Of a stretch of 64,000 bases of DNA, positions 29,431 through 38,097 are shown piece after piece. Position 1 is the first letter of the stretch. Each line of letters opens with the position of its first letter. The position numbers and the translations under genes were made by a program. Origin of the DNA: Gaiellales bacterium (GTDB lineage: Bacteria; Actinomycetota; Thermoleophilia; Gaiellales; Gaiellaceae); contig JBBRYG010000005.1 in assembly GCA_038237865.1 (NCBI GenBank), positions 113,384 to 177,383 on the forward strand, given 5' to 3'. Below the pieces are notes generated by a model. It searched no databases, was not told the origin of the DNA, and saw nothing but the letters and a program-made list of their open reading frames with translations.

Positions 29431-30048
29431 GTGACGCGTTTCATCGGCCGCGAGAACGTCCGAAAGCACCTGGCTGCGCACGAAGGCGAGCCCGGCCGGA
29501 CGAGTTACGCGAACGCAACGGCGCGGATCGTGCTCCCGACGGAGACGATCGTCGTGCGCCCGGCGTTCGGCCTCGCGCACGAGGGCGAGTACGACACGGT
29601 GCACCTGTCACCGCTGTTCGACGCGCTGGCCGCTGATCACGTCGTCGCGGCGATCCTCGTACGGCTCGGCGGCTACGCGATCGGCGTGTTCGAGGGCGAA
29701 CGCCTCGTCGCCTCGAAGGTGGGCTCACGGTTCGTCAAGAACCGCCACAAGAAGGGAGGCTCGTCGGCAAACCGCTTCCGCCGCCGGCGCGAGGAGCAAG
29801 CTCGGGCGCTGGTCGAAGCCGCCGCCGGCACGGCGCAGGCCGTCCTCAAGCCGTGGCGAAACCGGATCGAGTTCGCAGCCCTGGGCGGCGACCGCGGGAC
29901 GCTCACTGCGGTGCTGGACGCCGAGCCCGAGCTCAGCTGGCTGACCGAGCGCGCGCTCGCGCGGTTCTTCTCGGTCCCCGAGCCGCGCCAGCGCGTGCTC
30001 GAGCGCCTGCCCTACGACCTCTACGCCGCGGAGCTGATCAGGGAGTAG
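29431..30048 (+). CDS. Vms1/ANKZF1-eRF1-like (acVLRF1-type) peptidyl-tRNA hydrolase homologue
   Basis: 205 aa with a GTG start. 'GGYAIGVFEGERLVASKVGSRFVKNRHKKGGSSANRFRRRREEQ' aligns with the eRF1 catalytic loop '[15 protein letters not shown]'. Confidence 0.75.
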   Translation: MTRFIGRENVRKHLAAHEGEPGRTSYANATARIVLPTETIVVRPAFGLAHEGEYDTVHLSPLFDALAADHVVAAILVRLGGYAIGVFEGERLVASKVGSRFVKNRHKKGGSSANRFRRRREEQARALVEAAAGTAQAVLKPWRNRIEFAALGGDRGTLTAVLDAEPELSWLTERALARFFSVPEPRQRVLERLPYDLYAAELIRE

Positions 30049-30208
30049 GCAGATCGCCCGTGTCGGTCCGGGGCGCCATATCGGCCTCACGCGCAGCACT
30101 GCGCTCGTCCGCCGAGATCATCTTCTTCTCCTGCTTCCGCTCCCGCTTCTCCCGCAGCTTCAGCTCACGGTTCATCTTCGCCATCGTGGTCTGTTTCTTG
30201 GACGCCAT
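30038..30208 (-). CDS. 56-aa basic small protein (not in the ORF track)
   Basis: My own translation gives 'MASKKQTTMAKMNRELKLREKRERKQEKKMISADERSAAREADMAPRTDTGDLPTP'. A GAGAGGAA Shine-Dalgarno lies about 6 nt upstream of the ATG. The 3' end overlaps the convergent VLRF1 gene by 11 nt. Confidence 0.4.
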   Translation of the reverse strand: MASKKQTTMAKMNRELKLREKRERKQEKKMISADERSAAREADMAPRTDTGDLPTP

Positions 30209-30275
30209 ACGGGGTTCCTCTCTGGTTTCTGCTGCATTTCACCATAGCCGGAGCGGCCTCAGAGGAAAAGTGAGA

Positions 30276-30650
30276 TCAGGCCATGGCCGCGTGAGCGGTG
30301 AGCGCCTCGATCGGAACGATCTCGAGTGCACGTGCGTGCGTGGAACCGAGCACGACCTCGGGCGGCTGCCCGGCGTCGAAGGCCTCGAGCCAGCGCGACG
30401 CACAGACACACCAGCGGTCGCCCGGCTGAAGCCCGGGAAATCCCCATTCGGGATGCGGCGTCGAGAGGTCGTTTCCGGCAGCGCGGCTGAACGCGAGGAA
30501 CTCCTCGGTCATCACCGCGCAGACCGTGTGGCTCCCGAAATCCTCCGGGCCGGTCGAGCAGCAGCCGTCGCGGAAGAAGCCCGTCACCGGATCCGTGGAG
30601 CACGGCAGCAGGACACCGCCGACGACATTCGTGTCCGGGTCGCGGGTCAC
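30276..30650 (-). CDS. DUF2237-family protein
   Basis: 124 aa. 'PVTGFFRDGCCSTGPEDFGSHTVCAVMTEEFLAFS...GNDLSTP' matches the DUF2237 pattern. Confidence 0.85.
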   Translation of the reverse strand: MTRDPDTNVVGGVLLPCSTDPVTGFFRDGCCSTGPEDFGSHTVCAVMTEEFLAFSRAAGNDLSTPHPEWGFPGLQPGDRWCVCASRWLEAFDAGQPPEVVLGSTHARALEIVPIEALTAHAAMA

Positions 30651-31072
30651 GGAGAGAGGGTACCGGGCGGTTGGAGTCCGTCGAGGAACTCCCGCGGCGA
30701 CTGGATCGGCAAGCGTCGGTCGAGGTCGAGGAGGTGGGTGTCGCCCGAGACGAGCGGCACCCGCTCACGCGCTGCGAGGGCCAGAAGGTAGTCGTCGCCC
30801 GGATCGGACGAGCTGATTGGCGGCGAGCCCTCCGGATCCGGGACGAGCTCCGCGAGCTCGCGCACGATCCGCACGAAGTCGGCGGCGTCCTCCGCGGCGA
30901 TCCGCTTTCGAAGCTTGGGATATGCCAGTGCGCGCTCGATCTCCGCGATCAAGTTCTCGCTGACAACGACCTCATACTCACCGTCGAGCCACAGCTGGAT
31001 GAGCCGTGCCGGCGCGCCCGCGCGGGAGATCAGAGCCGAGACGAAGACGTTGGCGTCGAGGACGACGCGCAA
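30647..31072 (-). CDS. PIN-family toxin component
   Basis: 141 aa. 'MRVVLDANVFVSALIS', 'DDYLLALA' and 'LVSGDTHLL'. Confidence 0.85.
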   Translation of the reverse strand: MRVVLDANVFVSALISRAGAPARLIQLWLDGEYEVVVSENLIAEIERALAYPKLRKRIAAEDAADFVRIVRELAELVPDPEGSPPISSSDPGDDYLLALAARERVPLVSGDTHLLDLDRRLPIQSPREFLDGLQPPGTLSP

Positions 31073-31075
31073 GCG

Positions 31076-31300
31076 CTACCCCCGTCGAGACTTGTGCTGC
31101 GCCTCGAGCGCGAGACCCATGGCTTCGTCATCGCCGGGATCGCTCCCCTCCCACGCGCGTTCGAGCAGATCAAGCCCGAGATCACGGCGCAAAGCTTCCT
31201 CGATCACGTCGCTGTCACGCCTGCCGCTTCGCGCGGCCTTGACCTTTACGGCGCGAAGCGTCCGCTCGTCGAGCGTCACCGTCGTTCGGGTCTTCGGCAT
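31076..31300 (-). CDS. ribbon-helix-helix (CopG-like) antitoxin
   Basis: 74 aa, 'TTVTLDERTLRAVKVKAARSGRRDSDVIEEALRR'. It ends 3 nt upstream of the PIN gene. Confidence 0.75.
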   Translation of the reverse strand: MPKTRTTVTLDERTLRAVKVKAARSGRRDSDVIEEALRRDLGLDLLERAWEGSDPGDDEAMGLALEAQHKSRRG

Positions 31301-31361
31301 AACTGCATCATAGCATCAAGATGCAGACTTAGAGCTGGACCAGCCCTCGTACGCTCCGCAA

Positions 31362-32083
31362 ATGCACCTCTTGTTTCTCGATGAAAGCGGCCAGATCGAC
31401 AAGGGCGGCCTCTTCGCCCTCGGGGGGATCGCCGTGCGAGACAGCGACTGGCCCGAGCTTCGCCGCGCGTGGCAGGAGACGCTCGCGTCGGCCGGCTGGC
31501 CACTCGACCGTGAGATCAAGTGGCACGGCATTCGCAAAGGCGAGGTGCCGCCGTCACTTGCCGACAGCGTCTTCGCCATGCTCTCCGGCGCTCCGGCCAC
31601 CGCATACGTGACCTTGCTCGACCTCGAGCTCGGCCCGGAGCGAGAACCCGCCTTCTTCCGCAGCCCCGAAGAGATCTATGCAACCGGCGTGATGTTCCTC
31701 GCCGAGCGCTTCCATCATCTGCTCGACGCGGAGGACGATCTCGGCCTGATCGTCGTCGACAGCCGCTTCCGCGAGGACGATCAGCGCTTGCGCCGCTTCT
31801 TCGCCGACCTGACGAAGGACGGCACGCCGTATATGCAGCTCCCACGGATCGTCGAGGGCCTCTTCCTGGGCCCAAGCCCTATTCGATCGGCCTGCAGTGT
31901 GCGGATCTGATCGTGGCGATGACGGCGAACGCGGAGCGTGGCGGTGGACAGGGTCGCGGGTATCTCAAGAAGGTGCTGCCGCGATTTGCGACTCATCCGG
32001 CGACGGGCGAGCTCGAGGGAGTCGGGATCAAGCGGTTCCCGGAGCTGGTGCCGCGTGAGCACGGCCGGCACCGACTCTTCTGA
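31362..32083 (+). pseudogene. DUF3800-family gene with one frameshift
   Basis: The N-terminus 'MHLLFLDESG' lies in ORF 31362..31910. The conserved C-terminal 'SIGLQCADLIVAMTA' lies in the frame of ORF 31520..32083. The frame switch is near 31865-31880. Confidence 0.65.
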
Positions 32084-32107
32084 CGTCTTATCGGATATCA
32101 TAGAGAC

Positions 32108-32428
32108 ATGCTCGCAGCCGAGCTTCTCCGTGAAGTACGCCGGCGCCACGGTTTGACGCAGCGACAGCTCGCCGCGCGCGCCCGCACGAGCCAGGCTGCG
32201 ATCTCCCGGATCGAGCGCGGGCTCGTCTCCCCCACGGTCGACACGCTCGCGACGTTGCTCGACCTGATGGGCGAGCAGCTCGTCGTCACCGGCGAGCAGA
32301 TCGACTACGGGCACGATCGGACGCTCTTCGCCGAGACGCGGGCGCGCACGGTCGACCAGCGGATCGCGCATGGTGTGGCGTTCTCGAATTTCGCGCGGGA
32401 GCTCCGTGGCGCAGCCGCCCGACGCTGA
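32108..32428 (+). CDS. XRE-family HTH protein (putative antitoxin/regulator)
   Basis: 'GLTQRQLAARARTSQAAISRIERG' is a canonical HTH_XRE motif. Confidence 0.8.
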   Translation: MLAAELLREVRRRHGLTQRQLAARARTSQAAISRIERGLVSPTVDTLATLLDLMGEQLVVTGEQIDYGHDRTLFAETRARTVDQRIAHGVAFSNFARELRGAAARR

Positions 32429-32918
32429 ATTCGACCCCGGGCCGCTCCTCGATGTCCTGGCCACCCATGGCGTCGAGTTCGTCCTCGTAGGCGGACTGGC
32501 GGGAATCGCGCACGGGTCTGCGTACAACACGCTCGACCTCGACATCGTCTACAGCCGGGAGCCGGAGAATCTCGAGCATCTCGCAGCTGCGCTTCGGGAC
32601 GTCGAAGCGACCCTCCGCGGCGCGCCTTCCGGCCTCCCTTTCCAACTCGACGCCAAGACACTCCGGCAAGGCATGAACTTCACGTTCTCGACTCCGTACG
32701 GATCGTTCGACATCCTCGGCGATGCTGCCGGAGCACCTTCGTTCCACGAGCTATGGGCCGCGGGAGAGGAGGTGGAGATCCGGGGGCGCGCCGTTCGTAT
32801 CGCGTCGCTCGACCACCTGATCGCGATGAAGGAAGCTGCGGGCCGCACGAAGGACAAGCTGCACGCGACCGAGTACCGCATGCTCTCGGACGAGCTGCGC
32901 GCGCCCCGCGACGAGTGA
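32406..32918 (+). CDS. minimal nucleotidyltransferase-fold protein
   Basis: 'FVLVGGLAGIAHGSAYNTLDLDIVY' fits the G[GS]...DxD signature. The C-terminus is 'LDHLIAMKEAAGRTKDKL'. The start is uncertain: GTG at 32406, or 32370 as in the track. It overlaps the XRE gene. Confidence 0.7.
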   Translation: MAQPPDAEFDPGPLLDVLATHGVEFVLVGGLAGIAHGSAYNTLDLDIVYSREPENLEHLAAALRDVEATLRGAPSGLPFQLDAKTLRQGMNFTFSTPYGSFDILGDAAGAPSFHELWAAGEEVEIRGRAVRIASLDHLIAMKEAAGRTKDKLHATEYRMLSDELRAPRDE

Positions 32919-32920
32919 TC

Positions 32921-33106
32921 ATGGAGACCTCTGGGGGAGACGAGCAGTTGCGCGCGGCCGCACGGCAGATGGAGGAGCTGCTCCGCGAGCGGCTCGAGCT
33001 GACCGACCCGATGCACCCGGACAACCCGGAGTACGCGGGAAGCCCGCGCGGCATGCTGTGGTGGCAGGCCGCGTCCTGGATCGTCAATCAGGTCGAGGAG
33101 GAGTGA
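32921..33106 (+). CDS. small hypothetical protein
   Basis: 61 aa from an ATG 3 nt after the NTase stop, acidic and helical. Its 3' end overlaps the convergent helicase gene by 19 nt. Confidence 0.35.
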   Translation: METSGGDEQLRAAARQMEELLRERLELTDPMHPDNPEYAGSPRGMLWWQAASWIVNQVEEE

Positions 33107-36100
33107 GCCGCTACTGACACTGCCTCCTCAACGAACCGACACAAAGCATTGACCATCCGCATCTGCTCGATCGTGCGGCAGCGGATCTCAAGCAGCTTCG
33201 GGCTCGCGAACAGCACGGCCAGCGACTGCGCGCGCGAGATCGCCACGTTCAGCCGGTTGCGTGAGAACAGGAACTCCACGTTCCGCGGTAGGTCCTCCCC
33301 GCTCGAGGTTGCCATCGAGAAGAAGACGACCGGCGCCTCCTGGCCCTGGAACTTGTCCACCGTGCCGATCCGGGCGCGTCGGCCGAGCCGCTTGCGCAGG
33401 CACCTGACCTGCGCGTTGTACGGCGTTACGACGAGCACGTCCTCGTAGCCGATCCGCCGCTCGAGGCCGTCGCAGTCGGTGAACGTGCCGCCGATCAGCT
33501 GCTCGAGCTCCGCTGCGATCCGGTCTGCCTCCTCGATCGACGAGGCGCGGTTCGCCTCGTGCTCGACCGCGAGCCAGCGCAGCCCCGTCCCCACGAGGCC
33601 CGGCGTGTCGATCCGTTGCAGCTCGCATGCGGGCACCGCGTGGAGCCTTCCCTCGTAGGAGGTCTCCGAGATGAAGCGGCAGACCTCGGGGTGCATCCGC
33701 CAGGTGCGGGAGAGGAAGAGCCCGCGCTCGGGCGGGACGGTGTCCTCGTCGCCGAGTAGGTGCACGAGCACCGAGGCCGCCGCCCCTTCGGGATGGATGC
33801 CCTGCGAGACCTGTCCGAGCTGCTGCGGGTCACCGAGCAGGACGACGTTCCGCGCGCACGTCCCGACGGCGAGCGCGTCGGCGAGCGAGACCTGGCCCGC
33901 CTCGTCAACGAAGAGCGTGTCCACGACGTCCTCCATGTCCTCGCGCGCGAACAACCAGGCTGTCCCGGCGAGCAGAAGAACGTCGTCCTCGGGCGCCGAA
34001 AAGTGCGCCTGATTCGCAGAGGTCGTGACAAACGCGCTCTCGTAGGAGTCACCCTTCTTCAGCCCGCGGAACGAGAAGCTCTCCTCCCGGGCGGCGCGCT
34101 CGACCTCGGCGACCAGGTTGTGGATCGCCTTGTGACTCGTCGCGGTCACTCCGACCCGCCGGCCGAGCTGCATCAGGCGGACGATCAGCCGCGCGCCCGT
34201 GTATGTCTTCCCGGCTCCGGGCGGGCCCTGGATCACGAGGTGGCGCCCGCCGAGCGCGGTCACGAGCTCCTTCGCCGCCTCGAGGTCGTCCTGCACGAGC
34301 GGCGACGTGAACGGCTCGCGGGCAAGAATCGACTTGCTCGCGAGGTAGGTCTCGGCGCCGGCGAGCACCGAGCGCGCCAGCCTTCGCAGCGCCGCCTGCT
34401 GCTCCGTCGTCTTGAACGGCCCGCCGGGAATGAGCGCCGCCGGCAAGGGCGCGTCCTCGAGCTTCGGCCCGCGCCGGAGCATGAGCGTCCCGGCCTCCTC
34501 GTCGAGCGCATCGATGTTGCCCGCCGGGCCACCTGTCGCCGGGTCGAAGACCGCGTTTCCCGGGGAGAGATGATGCTGCTGCGCCGGAAACTTGAACGGC
34601 CAAACGAGCGATTGGCCTGCGCCGATTGGCGGCCCGTCCTGCTCGAGCCCTCCGATCGCGTCGGAGTCGCGCTCCTCGAGCTCCTCGCTCGTCCGCCCGA
34701 TCCGGTTGAAGAACGCCCACCAGACCGGCTTCCCCTCGCGCCGGTGGTAGAGCAGCAGCTGCGCCAGCAGCCACCGCGGCCGGTCGGCGTCGGCGACCTC
34801 GTACGAATCCTCGGGCAGCCCCGCAAGGAGCGCCGCGCGGAGCTCCTCGGTCTCCTCCACCCCCTCCGGCGGGTCGCGCGGCTCCTTCGGCTCCGGCTGC
34901 GTTGCCTCACTGGGTCGCAGCGGCAGCAGCCAGTCGCGGAGCTGCAGGGTCGAGACGCAGTCCTCCTCGTTGTAAGCGGCGATGTCGTCGAGGATCCGAG
35001 GGTCGTGCCGCTCGAGCCAGTCCTCGTAGAGCACGATCGAGTCGTCGCCAGCGCGCAGGTCGGCGTGGCGCTCGAAGTAGAAGGTCTCGACCTGCTTCAG
35101 CCCGTAGCGCTCGTGTGAGAGGCGAAGCCCCTGCGAGACGACCTTGTACAGATCGACGAAGACCTCGGCGCGGAGCAGCTCGTCGAGCTCCTCCTCGCGC
35201 GTCCCGTACTCGCAGGTCAGCCGCTTCAGCGCGGTCACCTCGTACGACGCGTAGTGGTAGACGTGCAGCGCGGGATCGGCGGCACGGCCCTCCCGGATCA
35301 GGTCGATCACGCCCTCGACCGCGCGCCGCTCCTGCGCGCGGTCGTGCGCCCAGAACGGGCGGAACGCGCCGGCGCTGTCGACGATCCCACAGAGGTACTC
35401 GAGCCCGCGGCCGGGCTCCCAGAACGGGTCGCCCTCGATGTCGAAGAAGAGATCGCCGTCGCTCGGCGGCGGCAGCAGCTCGAACCCGCGCGCCGGCTCG
35501 GACGGGAGCACCTTCCAGGCGTGCCCGTTCGCCCGCGCCGCGACCTGCATCGCCGCCTGGTCGCGCAGTGTCTCGAACGTGCGCGGCGCCATCGTCTGCG
35601 GGCGCGCAGCGTCAGGCGCCTGCGCGAACTGCGCGACGGTCGCGATCCCCTCGCGCTTGAGCCGGAGGATCTGGTCGCGCCGCATCCGCGCGACGAGGCT
35701 GAGGTGATCGTCCGCGCGCCAGCGGCTCTCGCAGCGCTGCTGGAAGTCGCAGCGGTCGCAGAAGGAGACCGGCAGGGGGTAGACGTCGATCCCGGCCTCG
35801 ACCGCGCTGACGAACCGCTCGCGCACGCGGTGGTAGTAGGCGAGGAAGTCGGCGACGCGGAGGCTCTCGCGCTCGTGCGTGCCGAGCACGACGTGCATCC
35901 GCTCGGGCATGGAGCCCTGGATCCGCCCGACCTGCTCGGAGTAGAAGCAGAGCTGAAGCACGTAGGCGGGCTTCGAGTGGCGCGCGAGCTTCGTGTCGAC
36001 GACCTCGTAGCGCCCGCCCGGCTGGCGCTCGACGAAGTCGGCGAACCCGCGCCAGTCGCCGTCGACGAAGCAGGCCTGGTAGACGACGTCCGCGCCGGCG

Positions 36101-36375
36101 AGCATCGCCTCCTCGGTCGCGCGGGCGGCCTCGTCGAGGTCCCAGTCGTTCGGGATCGTGGTGACGTCGCGGCCGTCGGCGAGCAGTTGGGCGAGGTACG
36201 CGGCTTCGTGTTCCTCGCCCTTGCGTTTGACGAGATCGGCCTGCGGGTTCTCGTCGGTCGGCCTCGCCAGCTCGTGCCGCGCCACCGCAAGCTCGAGCTG
36301 GGTCAGGTGCTCGCACTCGAGGAACGCGTTCAGGTCCGAGGGCGAGAAGAGGATGGATCCGTTGCGCTCCTGCAC
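33088..36375 (-). CDS. RecB/Cas4-like nuclease fused to SF1 (DNA2/Upf1-like) helicase, Nhi-like architecture
   Basis: 1095 aa. The N-terminal PD-(D/E)xK nuclease is 'VDTKLARHSKPAYVLQLCFY', with Cys cluster 'C..CDFQQRC'. Helicase motifs are Walker A 'IQGPPGAGKTY', 'LFVDEAGQV', 'VVTPYNAQV' and 'TVDKFQGQEAPVV'. Confidence 0.9.
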   Translation of the reverse strand: MQERNGSILFSPSDLNAFLECEHLTQLELAVARHELARPTDENPQADLVKRKGEEHEAAYLAQLLADGRDVTTIPNDWDLDEAARATEEAMLAGADVVYQACFVDGDWRGFADFVERQPGGRYEVVDTKLARHSKPAYVLQLCFYSEQVGRIQGSMPERMHVVLGTHERESLRVADFLAYYHRVRERFVSAVEAGIDVYPLPVSFCDRCDFQQRCESRWRADDHLSLVARMRRDQILRLKREGIATVAQFAQAPDAARPQTMAPRTFETLRDQAAMQVAARANGHAWKVLPSEPARGFELLPPPSDGDLFFDIEGDPFWEPGRGLEYLCGIVDSAGAFRPFWAHDRAQERRAVEGVIDLIREGRAADPALHVYHYASYEVTALKRLTCEYGTREEELDELLRAEVFVDLYKVVSQGLRLSHERYGLKQVETFYFERHADLRAGDDSIVLYEDWLERHDPRILDDIAAYNEEDCVSTLQLRDWLLPLRPSEATQPEPKEPRDPPEGVEETEELRAALLAGLPEDSYEVADADRPRWLLAQLLLYHRREGKPVWWAFFNRIGRTSEELEERDSDAIGGLEQDGPPIGAGQSLVWPFKFPAQQHHLSPGNAVFDPATGGPAGNIDALDEEAGTLMLRRGPKLEDAPLPAALIPGGPFKTTEQQAALRRLARSVLAGAETYLASKSILAREPFTSPLVQDDLEAAKELVTALGGRHLVIQGPPGAGKTYTGARLIVRLMQLGRRVGVTATSHKAIHNLVAEVERAAREESFSFRGLKKGDSYESAFVTTSANQAHFSAPEDDVLLLAGTAWLFAREDMEDVVDTLFVDEAGQVSLADALAVGTCARNVVLLGDPQQLGQVSQGIHPEGAAASVLVHLLGDEDTVPPERGLFLSRTWRMHPEVCRFISETSYEGRLHAVPACELQRIDTPGLVGTGLRWLAVEHEANRASSIEEADRIAAELEQLIGGTFTDCDGLERRIGYEDVLVVTPYNAQVRCLRKRLGRRARIGTVDKFQGQEAPVVFFSMATSSGEDLPRNVEFLFSRNRLNVAISRAQSLAVLFASPKLLEIRCRTIEQMRMVNALCRFVEEAVSVAAHSSST

Positions 36376-36491
36376 TCCGGGAGTATCACGACAGGCACCG
36401 CCGCTTCTTTCACCGCGAGCGACAATGCCATCCGCGCTGTGATGCGAACTGCGAGCCTCTCACCAACCGCTACACGGTTTGTCTGGCAGCA

Positions 36492-36806
36492 ATGCATTGC
36501 GCCGCTAAGGTCTTAAGCGTGCCATGGAAGATCAGCGGTGAGATTGGACCTCACTCGGAGCCTGGCTACGACGGGCGCGGTTGGCTTTGGGAGCTGGAGC
36601 AGGAAGGGCGGGAAGCTCGCCGCGTTTTCGTCCAGATCGCAGGAACGGCGTGGAGCGTATGCGCGCGCGGCGGGGCCGGCCTGGCGAGCGAGACACGTGA
36701 GGCGATCGAGACCGAGGGTCGAAGCGAGGTGGAGCGCGTGCTGGGAATGGACGAACCGCCGCGGATGATTGGCTGCAGCACGTATGGCTGCAACCCGGTG
36801 GCATAA
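36492..36806 (+). CDS. hypothetical protein
   Basis: 104-aa ORF (alternative GTG near 36519) with balanced composition, 'GYDGRGWLWELEQEGREARRVFVQIAGTAW'. It lies 66 nt upstream of the Shedu-like gene on the same strand. Confidence 0.4.
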   Translation: MHCAAKVLSVPWKISGEIGPHSEPGYDGRGWLWELEQEGREARRVFVQIAGTAWSVCARGGAGLASETREAIETEGRSEVERVLGMDEPPRMIGCSTYGCNPVA

Positions 36807-36872
36807 CCTGAGCGACTAACGGATAGCCGGGGATCCCGGTAGTCTCAGGCGCAGCTGACAAAAGGCGGTTCT

Positions 36873-38078
36873 GTGGCCCGAAAAAGATCCCAACCTGCCG
36901 CAGCGCGGCAACTGATCTGTGATCGGTGCGGGATTTTGAATCCCACCGGTGCGCCCGAATGTTCTGCGTGCGGCAGCGAGCGCTTCGCGCCCCAATGGGT
37001 CTTGCACCAGCGACGCATCAACCGCCAGTTCGCCGTTCAGGTAACGGAACCAAACCGAGCGTTCGACAACAGCGGCACTGCACGTCTCACGCTCAGCAAA
37101 TGGTGGCCGGGCGGGCGCGCGACCTTTCACATTCCATCGGCGGACCAGTGGGAACAGATCAAAGGGATCGTCGATCGCGATTTGGCGCAGTACCTTCACT
37201 GGCAGACGCAGCAGGCTGTTCAGCAGACGATCGCCCAAGGTCAAAAGGACGCCCGAAAGGCAACCGCGGGCCTTCAGGCCACGGCGAAAGCCAACCCCAC
37301 GCTCATCACGGAAATCTTGCGCGGGATTAAGTTCGACAAGATCACGGAAGACGACGTCCCGCAGATCGGACGGGCAATTGGCGACATCGCGGGCGTTCTG
37401 ATCGATGCCGACGACAGCATGCGGCGGGCGATCCAGCGAATCGTTAAACAGTTACCTGCGCAAGGTTCCGAAGCCGTTTCGGCGCTTTCTGACTTGATGG
37501 AGAGCGTCACGCTTGCGCAGATCAATGCCGTGACGAATGAAGTGCGGCGCCGCGTCAATTTGCTCAAGGTCTTCAAGGAGCGGGTCAACGACGAGCGTAC
37601 GTACGAGATCACCGGCGATGGTTCGATCCACCGGCTGCTGGAGAGCGCGATGTGGATCGTCAATGAGCGCTACTGGCTCATGCACAGCAACGCGACTTTA
37701 CGAACCGTCGTCGGGAAGGAGCTCGCGAAGAGACACGACGATTTCAAGAAGAAGCGACCCGACTTCGTCTGCGGGTCAGTAGATCGTCGGCTAATCGTCA
37801 TCGAGATCAAGCGACCCTCGCGCGTGCTCCAGGTCGAAGATCTCGACCAGCTGGAGGAATACATTGTCACCGCGCGCGAGTACCTCGACGAGCCTCGAGC
37901 TCCGTTCGAGGCAATTCTCGTTGGAAAAAGGGCAACCGACGACCTCCGGAAGCGGCTCGACGTGCGCGGAAGCCGCGCCTTCCAGGTTAAGACGTACGCA
38001 AGCCTCATCGACGACACCGAGCATCGGTACGAGAGCTATCTCAAGGCGCTCGAAGAGACGGACGAAGACGCCGCCTGA
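36873..38078 (+). CDS. Zn-ribbon + DUF4263-type PD-(D/E)xK nuclease (Shedu SduA-like)
   Basis: 401 aa. The N-terminus has 'CDRCG...CSACG'. The C-terminus has 'RPDFVCGSVDRRLIVIEIKRP', with D then E-x-K 14 residues later. The local sequence is visibly more A/T-rich. Confidence 0.7.
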   Translation: MARKRSQPAAARQLICDRCGILNPTGAPECSACGSERFAPQWVLHQRRINRQFAVQVTEPNRAFDNSGTARLTLSKWWPGGRATFHIPSADQWEQIKGIVDRDLAQYLHWQTQQAVQQTIAQGQKDARKATAGLQATAKANPTLITEILRGIKFDKITEDDVPQIGRAIGDIAGVLIDADDSMRRAIQRIVKQLPAQGSEAVSALSDLMESVTLAQINAVTNEVRRRVNLLKVFKERVNDERTYEITGDGSIHRLLESAMWIVNERYWLMHSNATLRTVVGKELAKRHDDFKKKRPDFVCGSVDRRLIVIEIKRPSRVLQVEDLDQLEEYIVTAREYLDEPRAPFEAILVGKRATDDLRKRLDVRGSRAFQVKTYASLIDDTEHRYESYLKALEETDEDAA

Positions 38079-38097
38079 CGGTCTTCCAGCCATGGGG

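Noticed and set aside
28968-29444. A 158-aa minus-strand ORF overlapping the two small genes divergent from the VLRF1 gene.
   Set aside because: Its composition is Arg/Ser-rich. The other two frames give more protein-like sequence with an ATGA junction.
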